Below, piece by piece: positions 49,233 through 58,046 of a stretch of 64,000 bases of DNA. The DNA lies in the NCBI GenBank assembly GCA_021162365.1, contig JAGGYW010000013.1:8960-72959 (forward strand). Direction: 5' to 3'. A model generated the notes under the pieces. That model saw nothing but the letters and a program-made list of their open reading frames with translations, did no database searches and had not been told where the DNA came from. The position numbers were made by a program, and so were the translations under genes. The DNA is from Nanobdellota archaeon (lineage in GTDB: Archaea > Nanobdellota > Nanobdellia > CSSed11-243R1). Each line of letters opens with the position of its first letter. Positions within the stretch are counted from its first letter, which is position 1.

Positions 49233-50048
49233 TCTTTTCCATTCTTTTTTTAGTAATTGGGTGTCTCCACCAACAATTCCATTATTTGGGCTTTCGCAAA
49301 TAATTATCCCATCTGCTTTGAAATCCTTTAATGCTTTTAGCAGAGCTCTGTAGTTGAAATCAGAATATTTTAGATTTAGATGGTTCCTTTCTCCTTTTCC
49401 ATTATAATTGATTCCTGAGATGTGGATATGCATATTCCTTAGTCCTTCTTTACCAAGGTGTTTTTCTACAAGCGAAAGAATTTGTGAGAATTCTTCATAG
49501 GAGTTATATTTTTGTGTTCTTGCATGTATGTGGGCAAAGTCAATGCAAGGCATAACATCTTCTAATTCTATGCTTAGCTTTAGCAGTTCATTAATTGTCC
49601 CAAATTGAGTTAGTTTTCCAGTTGTTTCTGGGCGAAGTAAGATGTTAACATTTTCTTCTTTGAGCTTGTTAATGATCTTCTTTATTTCTTCCTTTATTTT
49701 CCCATAAACTATTTTGCTGTCTTGCCCCAAATAAAAGCCAGGGTGGAATACGACACTCTTTGCACCGGCAAGATGCGCGATTTTTGCTGATTGTAGAATT
49801 CTTTTTTTGCTTGCCTCAACCTTTGCTTTTTCTTTTGAATTTAGATTTATGAAATATGGGGCATGCGCCGTTAGAGTTATACCTTCTCTCTTTGCTGTTT
49901 TGTTTACTTTTGCTGCTTCTTCTTTTGAAAGATAAACTCCATAAACAAACTCAAGCTCCATGGCGTCAAGATTCATTTCCCTAACTTTCTTAATGCCATC
50001 AATTGTATTTTCTGAATCAAAAGGAATTCCAGCTGTGCCAAACTTCAT
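49218..50048 (-). CDS. nfo: Endonuclease IV (AP endonuclease family 2, TIM barrel).
   Basis: Family-typical HAPYFINL, FHPG, H-containing metal-ligand segments. Confidence 0.75.
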   Translation of the reverse strand: MKFGTAGIPFDSENTIDGIKKVREMNLDAMELEFVYGVYLSKEEAAKVNKTAKREGITLTAHAPYFINLNSKEKAKVEASKKRILQSAKIAHLAGAKSVVFHPGFYLGQDSKIVYGKIKEEIKKIINKLKEENVNILLRPETTGKLTQFGTINELLKLSIELEDVMPCIDFAHIHARTQKYNSYEEFSQILSLVEKHLGKEGLRNMHIHISGINYNGKGERNHLNLKYSDFNYRALLKALKDFKADGIIICESPNNGIVGGDTQLLKKEWKRLSLM

Positions 50049-50085
50049 GATTACTTTTAAATAATATTCAATTTAATAGTTATCT

Positions 50086-50730
50086 GTGGGAAAACCAATT
50101 GAAAAAATAATTAAAACTTTGGAAGAATATTACAAGAATTTTGAGGCACCTCCAGTTGTTAGGGGAAGTCCACCTTTGTTTCAATTATTAATAAGAACAA
50201 TCTTGTCTGCAAGAAATACAGATGAGAATGCAGTTGCTGCCGCCAAATTGCTTTTTTCTAAATACAAAACCCCTAAAGAAATTGCGAGAGCTCCAATAAA
50301 AGAGTTGGAAAAACTTGTCAAGCGCGGTGTTTTTTACAAAGTAAAAGCAAGAAACATAAAGAAGCTTTCTAAAATTCTCGTTGAAAAATACGGTGGAAGA
50401 GTGCCAAATTCAATGGAGGAGTTAATTAAGCTTCCAGGTGTTGGAAGAAAAACAGCAAACATTGTTTTGTCTTATGGATTTAAGAAAGCCGAGGGGATTG
50501 CGGTAGACACCCATGTTTTTAGGGTTGTAAATAGAATTGGAGTTGTTCATGAAAAAACGCCGTTGAAGATGGAGAAGGCGCTTCTAAAAGTTGTGCCTAA
50601 GAAATATTGGCTTAATTTTAACCACTTATTTGTCCTTCATGGCAGAAACATATGTAAGGCGAGAAATCCAAAATGTGAGATTTGCCCGATAAGAAAGTGG
50701 TGTGATTACTACAATTCTATTTCTTCTTAA
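50086..50730 (+). CDS. nth: Endonuclease III (HhH-GPD, [4Fe-4S]).
   Basis: LPGVGRKTANIV HhH. C-x6-C-x2-C-x5-C cluster (CKARNPKCEICPIRKWC). Confidence 0.85.
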   Translation: MGKPIEKIIKTLEEYYKNFEAPPVVRGSPPLFQLLIRTILSARNTDENAVAAAKLLFSKYKTPKEIARAPIKELEKLVKRGVFYKVKARNIKKLSKILVEKYGGRVPNSMEELIKLPGVGRKTANIVLSYGFKKAEGIAVDTHVFRVVNRIGVVHEKTPLKMEKALLKVVPKKYWLNFNHLFVLHGRNICKARNPKCEICPIRKWCDYYNSISS

Positions 50731-50860
50731 TTTTTTTCTTTAGTTCTTCGACTTCTTCGCGTAGAATTTTTACTTCTGCGGTTAGATCATCTATGCTTCT
50801 ACTAAGTGCTGCTACCATTTTTTCCAACATTCTAATTTTTTCTTTATCTTTACCAAACAT
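50717..50860 (-). CDS. Possible small coiled-coil protein (47 aa; MFGKDKEKIRMLEKMVAALSRSIDDLTAEVKILREEVEELKKKIKKK). Below the ORF-track size cut-off.
   Basis: Manual translation. ATG abuts the stop of the last pilin gene. Confidence 0.3.
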   Translation of the reverse strand: MFGKDKEKIRMLEKMVAALSRSIDDLTAEVKILREEVEELKKKIKKK

Positions 50861-51319
50861 TTAGCACCACCTTAATAAGTTTTTATTTAGATATAGCGTA
50901 ACCGTCACTTGATTTGAGGTCATATTTGTAGAATTTATTTTTGGGAGAGTGAGTCTTGCTTTGGCTTCGTCTGTGCCGTATATGTTAAATCCCCAATTTG
51001 CACTTCCAAAATGAGTAGTTAAATTTTCTTCTACACAGCCTTCCAAATCTGTTTCATTACATGGATATGGAAATGCTTCTGAGCACAAATATGTTGCAAC
51101 TTTAGCAAAGGAGATTATATCTATTTGCTTCTTTTCTATGATATTAACTCCAGTTTCAATTTTTGAGTTTTCATGTATATTCTCTGAAGTGGTTTTGTCC
51201 ATAGTTGATGTATATACTGAAAATACGACTACTACGAGAAATATTGCTATAAACACTATTGGTGTGAACATAAATCCCTTTTTGTTTAACATTTTTCCAC
51301 CTTCATCGACTTCGGCCAT
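50861..51319 (-). CDS. Type IV pilin-like protein (class III signal peptide; likely start MLNKKG|FMFTPIVFIAIFLVVVVF).
   Basis: K/R-K-G cleavage-type motif followed by a hydrophobic helix. Confidence 0.55.
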   Translation of the reverse strand: MAEVDEGGKMLNKKGFMFTPIVFIAIFLVVVVFSVYTSTMDKTTSENIHENSKIETGVNIIEKKQIDIISFAKVATYLCSEAFPYPCNETDLEGCVEENLTTHFGSANWGFNIYGTDEAKARLTLPKINSTNMTSNQVTVTLYLNKNLLRWC

Positions 51320-51801
51320 ATCCCAAGGGAAACAATAGTGAAGTTATAATTACATCCGTTGGGTAAAGTTAGATTAGCTGATGCAATAATAGCACTTTTT
51401 GTTTTAACACAGCAGCCACCATATTGGTCGGATACTTCCTTACTACATATGGCTATTGCATTTGAGGCGCAATCCCCTTCTGGACAGATAGTTAGGATAT
51501 AATTATACTCCTTTCTATTTAACTTTGAGATGATGTATTCAATTGTGTCCTCCATGTCTGCTTCTTTGTTATACCCGCAGTAGTTAAGTTTAATCATATC
51601 TGCAACGCTTGTGTTTGCGCGCGAAAAGTATAATGTGGAAGATAGAAGTTTTCGGGTGTATAAATTTTGCGAGCGAATTGCTGCTGTTGAAATAGATTCC
51701 CTGTTTAATTCTGTGCTTAGAAAGGTAATGGCAAGTGTAGATAGTATAAGGAGTAATGCAATATCTACTACAACTCCTTGCGATTTTTTATTTGCCAACA
51801 C
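51286..51801 (-). CDS. Type IV pilin-like protein (KKSQG|VVVDIALLLILSTLAI).
   Basis: Class III signal-peptide pattern. Confidence 0.55.
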   Translation of the reverse strand: MLANKKSQGVVVDIALLLILSTLAITFLSTELNRESISTAAIRSQNLYTRKLLSSTLYFSRANTSVADMIKLNYCGYNKEADMEDTIEYIISKLNRKEYNYILTICPEGDCASNAIAICSKEVSDQYGGCCVKTKSAIIASANLTLPNGCNYNFTIVSLGIWPKSMKVEKC

Positions 51802-52195
51802 TCACCACCACCGTTGCAGGTATTGTTTCGTTTTTATACGTGATTAACGTTGGTATTTTGATGGTAACTAATTTTGTTGAATCTTCTATGTTCCCCCAGC
51901 ACCACCATCTTCCATTTTCCTCATTTGTAATATTCACTTTTATTTTTTGTTTTGAGTGAATCCCAATCTCTGAAATGTTTTTGCAGCCCCATATATTTGG
52001 GGGAGAAGTTATTCCAATAGTGTTGTTAAATTTTTGATTTATGATGTAGTTCCCTATTGTAGTTGCTTCCTGTGACATTTGGATTATTTCGTCTTGTTCT
52101 GCGGAATGTAAAAATAAAGAAAATAAAAATAAGATGAACACTACAAGAATAATAGAAATAGGTACTAAGATTGGAACATCTTCACCTATAGGCAT
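51788..52195 (-). CDS. Pilin-like small membrane-anchored protein (N-terminal hydrophobic helix, weaker signal motif).
   Basis: MPIGEDVPILVPISIILVVFILF. Confidence 0.4.
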   Translation of the reverse strand: MPIGEDVPILVPISIILVVFILFLFSLFLHSAEQDEIIQMSQEATTIGNYIINQKFNNTIGITSPPNIWGCKNISEIGIHSKQKIKVNITNEENGRWWCWGNIEDSTKLVTIKIPTLITYKNETIPATVVVSVGK

Positions 52196-52611
52196 TTCTT
52201 AAGCACCACCTTTCCATAAATGTTTGTGATGTTCACACAGCTCGTAGTTAAATTTTCATCTGATCCACTTTCGTTGATTTCGAAGTAAAGAGATTTCGTT
52301 AGGTTGTGTTTGTTGTTAAATAAAGTAATATTTTTGCTTTCTACTATGATACCATAGTTATTTCCTTTGTATACACTCCATGTTTTGTATTTTGAGACGG
52401 AAACAGAATTTATTCTATTGGTTATTTCGTCTATTTCTTTTGACATCAATTTAAGAGAGTATATGTCTCTTTCAATTGATAAGACAAAGAAGAATGTAAT
52501 AGTTATTATTATTGCGAATAGGATGAAAGACATCTTTGAAAATACGAAACTTATTACTCCACGCTTATTTGAAGAAAACTTCAAGTGGCTTCGTTTCCTG
52601 CGGATAGCCAT
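52186..52611 (-). CDS. Type IV pilin-like protein (NKRG|VISFVFSKMSFILFAIIITI).
   Basis: Class III signal-peptide pattern. Confidence 0.5.
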   Translation of the reverse strand: MAIRRKRSHLKFSSNKRGVISFVFSKMSFILFAIIITITFFFVLSIERDIYSLKLMSKEIDEITNRINSVSVSKYKTWSVYKGNNYGIIVESKNITLFNNKHNLTKSLYFEINESGSDENLTTSCVNITNIYGKVVLKKCL

Positions 52612-53014
52612 AATATATCACCAAATTGTAATCTCCCGGCTGAAGAGTGTAGTTTGCTTTTATCTCTCCAAAGGCATCAGTTACATTTATTATATCTATG
52701 TCCGGTTGATTGCTTAAGTTTATTCCAGGACCACTTATTGAGATGGTATCATTTTCTGCATAAAATGTTAACTTGTATCTTTTGGGAATTGTTATGTGTA
52801 CTCGTGCAAATGAGCCAATATCTGTTGTTTCCCTTAGGTTTTTCATGGTATTAATTATCCTTTCATAGCTTTGCATTATCTCTCTCTTGGATGAAAACTC
52901 TGAGAACGCGCTTACCTGATAAAAACCAATCGTTATTACAATTGCAGCTACTAAAAGGGACAAAAATAAAAAAAATGGAAAAGATTCAACACCTTTTTTT
53001 GACATCATTGGCAA
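52565..53014 (-). CDS. Type IV pilin-like protein (SKKG|VESFPFFLFLSLLVAAIVI).
   Basis: Class III signal-peptide pattern. Confidence 0.55.
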   Translation of the reverse strand: MPMMSKKGVESFPFFLFLSLLVAAIVITIGFYQVSAFSEFSSKREIMQSYERIINTMKNLRETTDIGSFARVHITIPKRYKLTFYAENDTISISGPGINLSNQPDIDIINVTDAFGEIKANYTLQPGDYNLVIYYGYPQETKPLEVFFK

Positions 53015-53553
53015 GTCACTGTTTCAGCCACAGCATAGTTTTCGGCAGTTGCTTTATCTTTTACCCAGATGACAACGATATCTCCACTTTGTATATCATA
53101 TGTTTTATCTACTTGTGCTGGGTCTGTGAAGTTTAGTGCTCCATTTGTCCACCATGTGTTTTCTTCTTTAGATTTTACTACTAAGCTTGCAAGCCCGTTG
53201 AAGTCATTTGTGCTGTTCATTAGTTCTATCTTTGCCCATTCAACGCCACAATCATCTTCTATTTTAACACTTGTTACATTTACAATGTCATCCGATGCAT
53301 TACAAATTATGTCCCAGTTGCTTACAATAGGTTTCTCTTCGTCTAGTTCGCATGTTGTTTTTTCAGTTAGAGTTTTGTTTATTTGGGTTGCAGTACTAAT
53401 TGTTCCGCTGCGTAAGATTCCCGTAAATTGAAGTGCTATTCCAATTACCAATGCTGCCACAAGGGCAATTATAATATATCTCAGAGGTAATGCTTCTACA
53501 CCCCTTTTGTTTAATCTCATTTTAAAACCTCCTAACATGTAAAATTTTGACAA
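53005..53553 (-). CDS. Type IV pilin-like protein (NKRG|VEALPLRYIIIALVAALVIGIAL).
   Basis: Class III signal-peptide pattern. Confidence 0.55.
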   Translation of the reverse strand: MSKFYMLGGFKMRLNKRGVEALPLRYIIIALVAALVIGIALQFTGILRSGTISTATQINKTLTEKTTCELDEEKPIVSNWDIICNASDDIVNVTSVKIEDDCGVEWAKIELMNSTNDFNGLASLVVKSKEENTWWTNGALNFTDPAQVDKTYDIQSGDIVVIWVKDKATAENYAVAETVTCQ

Positions 53554-53565
53554 ACTTATAAACTT

Positions 53566-55494
53566 TTATACTCCAAGCGCAATTCTACTTCCAATTAAGG
53601 TGAATGTGAATACAAATAATGCTATTGGTATGTTACGTGCGACTTCATAACTAACCATAACTCCATCCTTCCCATATTCTAGTATTGAAACATAGCGAAT
53701 TAGTAAAACCGCGAGGAGTAACATATAAATTCCTGCGATTAGTTGTAGGGACTCTGCACTAAAGTTTGGTGTTGTTAGGAAAGAGAGATTTAGGTATTGG
53801 TACCCTAAGTTTCCAAGACCTTCCTTTACACTTCTTAGCCCGTCTTGTATTAGCTGTTGTAGGGTTATTACAATACCTGTGATAACTGGTGCAAATATGC
53901 TTGCAGTAGTTCTCATCATTGAAAGGGCATTCCTCAATGTAGTTTTCAACTTTTCTTCAGTTCTATTTAGTTGGTCATAGTGGTTGGATATTGTAAATAG
54001 CATTTGGGCGCTATTTTTAACTCCTTTCTTTAGAGATATTAAAAACACTCTAAACATTACTTTAACATTTGTAGAATGTACGTCTCTTAGGGAGCCATAC
54101 TCTGGATTGAAGAGGGCATTCTCAAGAGTGGTGTGTCTACTTCTTAGTATTTTATATGTTTTTTTCATTAGTTCACCAAATTTTGTATTTGGCATATTTT
54201 CACTTACATGTTTTATTGCTTCTTCTGGAGAACGCCCCTCATCTATTCGGCTTGCAAGGTGATACATCCCATCTATAGCTTCATTTTCAAGTTGTTTTAT
54301 TTCATCTCTTAATTTCTTTTTATACCAAGAAGTCCCATAAGAATATATTGCAATTGCAATCCCAAATCCCCAAATTATTGTGAGGGTGTTGAATCCCTTA
54401 ATCATGTTTGTAAGGAAGTTTGGAATTAGACTTACAAAAGGTGTTTCACTTAAAAGATAAAATATGCCTGGAAAGCTGATTGTTATAAAAATTAATAGCA
54501 CATAAGGTAGGGCAGGAAACTCAATTTCTTTTCCACCAATGATTAACTTTAGGTTTCCCTCTTTTGGGTAAGTTGGCAGCCATTTTGGTAGTTGTATGTT
54601 TGTGAATGAGGGTGGTCTTTTTGATATGATTTTGTTTGAGTAAAAGTAGATTATCAATAGCGACACGCTGAGAATTAGAAACATCTGAAAAGGAGATGCA
54701 AATTCTCCTCCCAAGAAGGAAAATATTGGTAACAGGGAAATTATTACGAGTGGGAGGACAGTTCCAAAGCTAAATAAAAACAAAGTTGGTAGGTATAATT
54801 TGTTTGCATAATCTCTTACTTTGTTTACTACTCCATCTAATGCTATTTTTAATGCTCTGTCGAGGGACTGATTTCTTTTTACCTCATTTTTCTCAGACAT
54901 GGAAGCTATTATCAAGTACAAACTTCTTTTTAGTTCCAGTAGGTATTCTCCCCATGTTTGGGCAAGTTTCCCAAGCTCTTCTTTTAGATTTGTTTTATAA
55001 CCCATGAGACATTTCCACAGAACATCTCTAATTTCCTTACTAATTCTTCCCTCGGAATAGTTTGATACAAATTGAAGTGCTCTTTCTAAGTTTGGATTTT
55101 GTTTTAGGAAAATTACAATTTGGGTGAGTAATGTGGGGGCATAACTAAGTGCATCTATTCTCTCAAGTGCAGCTTCTGTTTTTGGGAACTCTGTTATTAA
55201 GTGCGCTATTAAAAAAGGAATTATTGCACTAATTGAGATTATAATTATGGACGGCGGGATAAATGAAAGAGCAATTAGGTTAATCAAAAGCAAAACAACC
55301 GCACTTATAATTAGAGCCACCCTACTAAAGATGACTACTTCGTATGGCTTAACTCCCCATTTTAAGAACTTTAATGACTTTTTTAGTTCGTCTGTTACGT
55401 TTGTGTCTCTACTTGCAAGCTGTGGGAAATGTATGGAACACCATTTACATGCTTCGACATAAATTTCTCTAATTTTGCTTTCGTGTGTTGCCAT
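53566..55494 (-). CDS. FlaJ/TadC-like polytopic membrane platform protein of an archaeal type IV pilus/archaellum-type system.
   Basis: 642 aa, two blocks of TM helices separated by cytoplasmic domains. Immediately upstream of the six pilin genes on the same strand. Confidence 0.6.
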   Translation of the reverse strand: MATHESKIREIYVEACKWCSIHFPQLASRDTNVTDELKKSLKFLKWGVKPYEVVIFSRVALIISAVVLLLINLIALSFIPPSIIIISISAIIPFLIAHLITEFPKTEAALERIDALSYAPTLLTQIVIFLKQNPNLERALQFVSNYSEGRISKEIRDVLWKCLMGYKTNLKEELGKLAQTWGEYLLELKRSLYLIIASMSEKNEVKRNQSLDRALKIALDGVVNKVRDYANKLYLPTLFLFSFGTVLPLVIISLLPIFSFLGGEFASPFQMFLILSVSLLIIYFYSNKIISKRPPSFTNIQLPKWLPTYPKEGNLKLIIGGKEIEFPALPYVLLIFITISFPGIFYLLSETPFVSLIPNFLTNMIKGFNTLTIIWGFGIAIAIYSYGTSWYKKKLRDEIKQLENEAIDGMYHLASRIDEGRSPEEAIKHVSENMPNTKFGELMKKTYKILRSRHTTLENALFNPEYGSLRDVHSTNVKVMFRVFLISLKKGVKNSAQMLFTISNHYDQLNRTEEKLKTTLRNALSMMRTTASIFAPVITGIVITLQQLIQDGLRSVKEGLGNLGYQYLNLSFLTTPNFSAESLQLIAGIYMLLLAVLLIRYVSILEYGKDGVMVSYEVARNIPIALFVFTFTLIGSRIALGV

Positions 55495-55518
55495 AGCACC
55501 CCTCTAAAAGATGAAAAG

Positions 55519-55698
55519 TGGGCCCGCCCAGATTTGAATTCCCCGACCCCGTCAACTTCTTTTCCGTTGACGCTTTTCTTCTTAAGAAAAGGGTCACTGG
55601 GGACCTCCCGCGTGTAAGGCGGACGTCATAACCATTCTCCACTCCTTTCTTTGGTGCAGCTTTCTTTTCCAAAGAAAGGTGCGCTAGACCACGGGCCC
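55519..55698 (-). tRNA. tRNA-Val (anticodon TAC) with two introns: D-loop, and T-arm 53/54 or 59/60 (boundary ambiguous). No canonical anticodon-loop intron.
   Basis: Manual parse. GGGCCCG-TG-GTCT-AGC[intron]TGGTTA-TGAC-G-TCCGC-CTTACAC-GCGGG-AGGTC-CCCAG[intron]TTCAAAT-CTGGG-CGGGCCC-A. Introns contain cctttctttgg...ccaaagaaagg and cttcttaagaag hairpins. Confidence 0.55.
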
Positions 55699-55737
55699 AT
55701 CTATGAATGTAACTGAATATACTTAGTTTTAAAAGGA

Positions 55738-56016
55738 TTACGCTATCTCGCAGATATGGTTTCTACATACACATTTAATAGTTGTATTTGGCTCGCATAC
55801 TATATTCCTTTTTACTGATACACAATCTCCGCAATATTCAAAACAATCTGAATCCTCTTCGCAGTACTTCATGGAATTCGTAGTCGTTTCTTTAAATCCA
55901 ACGCCGAATTTCTGCATGTCGACATAGACCAGTATCGCAACAATTATCCCTAGGATAATTATAATTATTTTGCCGTGCTTAAGTAAAGTATAATAAAAAA
56001 ATTCACTTAGCGACAT
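55738..56016 (-). CDS. Small membrane protein with a Cys-rich extracytoplasmic tail (92 aa).
   Basis: One TM helix, then CEEDSDCFEYCGDCVSVKRNIVCEPNTTIKCVCRNHIC. Confidence 0.4.
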   Translation of the reverse strand: MSLSEFFYYTLLKHGKIIIIILGIIVAILVYVDMQKFGVGFKETTTNSMKYCEEDSDCFEYCGDCVSVKRNIVCEPNTTIKCVCRNHICEIA

Positions 56017-56018
56017 GA

Positions 56019-56300
56019 TTATTCCTTCGAATATTGTTTGAGTAGTTCTTTAATTTCAGGTTGTAGCTTCTTGCTTAATTCTAATATGATATCCTTTGAT
56101 TTCCCCTCTAGCTTCTTAGCACAGTCAATGCATATGTTCTCTCTGAAGAATTCGATTGATGGACCTCTCCATTTCATTCCAAGCTCTAGGCTGAATGATT
56201 GTGTGCATTGCTTGCAGACATCTCTTCCACAGATTGGACATTGACCGACTGCCAATCTTTCTTTACAAATGTCACAAACCCTTACTGTTACTTCCACCAT
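56019..56300 (-). CDS. Small double zinc-ribbon protein (93 aa).
   Basis: CDICKERLAVGQCPICGRDVCKQC ... CIDCAKKL. Confidence 0.45.
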   Translation of the reverse strand: MVEVTVRVCDICKERLAVGQCPICGRDVCKQCTQSFSLELGMKWRGPSIEFFRENICIDCAKKLEGKSKDIILELSKKLQPEIKELLKQYSKE

Positions 56301-56363
56301 TACAACACCTCTTTATTTTGTTAAAACATTAAATTAGGTCACCATTAATATTATTTTCTAAAA

Positions 56364-56541
56364 TGCGCCGTCCGGGATTCGAACCCGGGTTACAAGCTCT
56401 TCACACACCCTTTCCGTACACGCTTTCGCTTGCGAAAGGGTGTTGGCAAGCTCGCGTCCTAACCATTGTCCGTTCCTTTCCTTTCTTGGCAACCTACCTT
56501 CTTTTCTAAAGAAGGCGGAAAGGTCGCTAGACTAACGGCGC
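56364..56541 (-). tRNA. tRNA-Gly (anticodon GCC) with two introns: a ~60-nt D-loop intron and a canonical ~45-nt anticodon-loop intron.
   Basis: Manual parse. GCGCCGT-TA-GTCT-AGC[intron]TGGTTA-GGAC-G-CGAGC-TTGCCA[intron]A-GCTTG-TAAC-CCGGG-TTCGAAT-CCCGG-ACGGCGC-A. The anticodon intron has an ACACCC/GGGTGT helix. Confidence 0.65.
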
Positions 56542-56605
56542 ACATTTTGAGTATATTTTAGGGGATATATAAATCTTTTTAAACACACACCTTTGAAATA
56601 TTTTT

Positions 56606-57550
56606 ATGGTTCTTGCAAGGCTGACTGAGGCACAGAAGAGACTTTTCATTAGACAGCACTATGGAATAGCAGGGAATCATTCTGCAGTTAAGTTGTGTGG
56701 CTGGACGAAAAAATCTCTTCATGATAAAGGCGTTTGCTACAAGCAAAAATTTTATGGAATAGAATCCCATAGGTGTCTTCAATGCACACCTGTTATTAAT
56801 TGGTGCACACAAAATTGTGACTTTTGCTGGAGGTTAGGGAGATATCAATACCCAGAGTTAGAAGGGTGGGATGAGCCAAAGGAAATTGTTGACAAAATGA
56901 TCGAAGCGCAGAGGAAGCTACTTTCTGGCTTTCCCGGTGCTGATGTAAATATGAAAAAATGGAAGGAAGCACAAAATCCAACTCAAGTAGCAATTTCCCT
57001 CGCAGGAGAGCCAACGATATATCCAAAGCTTGGAGAATTAATTGCTGAATTTCATAAAAGAGGTATGACAACTTTTTTGGTAACAAATGGGACTTTGCCT
57101 GAGAGACTTGAAAATTTAAATCCGCTTCCAACACAACTTTATGTTACTATTGCAGCGCCAGATAAAGAAACTTGTATGGGTTTATGTCATCCGAATTTGC
57201 CTGACGCTTGGGAGCGTTTGATGAAAACTCTTGAGTTGCTTCCAAAATTGAACACTCGCAAAGTAATTCGTCTTACTCTTGTCAAAGGAGTTAATATGAA
57301 GTATCCTGAAAAATACGCCGAGCTAATAAAAAAAGCAAAACCACATTTCATTGAGGCAAAGGGATATATGTCTGTTGGCTCTGCAAGGCAGAGATTGGGA
57401 TTAGAGCACATGCCAACTCATGAAGAAATTGTTGAATTTTCTAAGGAGCTTTCCAGACATTTGGGAGTTCCAATTGCTGATGAGCACAAGCCAAGCAGAG
57501 TTGTTTTGCTAACTAATCTGCCAAAGGAAAAGTGGAAGGTTAACCGCTGA
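56606..57550 (+). CDS. taw1: tRNA 4-demethylwyosine synthase (radical SAM; Taw1/TYW1).
   Basis: Radical-SAM CTQNCDFCWR (Cx3Cx2C) plus family-typical N- and C-terminal blocks. Confidence 0.8.
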   Translation: MVLARLTEAQKRLFIRQHYGIAGNHSAVKLCGWTKKSLHDKGVCYKQKFYGIESHRCLQCTPVINWCTQNCDFCWRLGRYQYPELEGWDEPKEIVDKMIEAQRKLLSGFPGADVNMKKWKEAQNPTQVAISLAGEPTIYPKLGELIAEFHKRGMTTFLVTNGTLPERLENLNPLPTQLYVTIAAPDKETCMGLCHPNLPDAWERLMKTLELLPKLNTRKVIRLTLVKGVNMKYPEKYAELIKKAKPHFIEAKGYMSVGSARQRLGLEHMPTHEEIVEFSKELSRHLGVPIADEHKPSRVVLLTNLPKEKWKVNR

Positions 57551-57551
57551 G

Positions 57552-58046
57552 ATGAGAAAGATTCTTATAACTGGTATGCCTGGGAGCGGTAAAAGTAGAT
57601 TAATAAAAGAATTTCTTAAGTTTTATTCTGGTAGAGTTACAGGAATTTTAACAGAAGAGATTCGTGAGAATGGCAAGCGAGTTGGATTTAAAATAAGAGA
57701 TATTCAGACAGGTAGGGAAAAAGTTTTGGCACACATTAACTTTGAAGGTCCTCAGGTTTCAAAGTATCATGTTGATATAAACTCTTTAGAAGAAGTTGCA
57801 ATTCCTGCATTAAGCAGAGAAGCAGATTTGTATGTAATAGATGAGATTGGCAGGATGGAGCTTTTTTCTGAGAAGTTTGAGGAAAAGGTTAAGGAGTTGT
57901 TAACTTCTAAGAAGGATGTTTTGGCAACTTTACATAGGAATTATGTGGATAAATACAAAAATTTTGGAGAAGTAATTATCTTAGAAAAGAAATATTGGGA
58001 TAAAGTTTTCAAGAAAGTTTTAGAAGCTTTTCTCGGTAGGAAATAA
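57552..58046 (+). CDS. Nucleoside-triphosphatase THEP1 family.
   Basis: Walker A GMPGSGKS, Walker B LYVIDEIG. Confidence 0.75.
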   Translation: MRKILITGMPGSGKSRLIKEFLKFYSGRVTGILTEEIRENGKRVGFKIRDIQTGREKVLAHINFEGPQVSKYHVDINSLEEVAIPALSREADLYVIDEIGRMELFSEKFEEKVKELLTSKKDVLATLHRNYVDKYKNFGEVIILEKKYWDKVFKKVLEAFLGRK

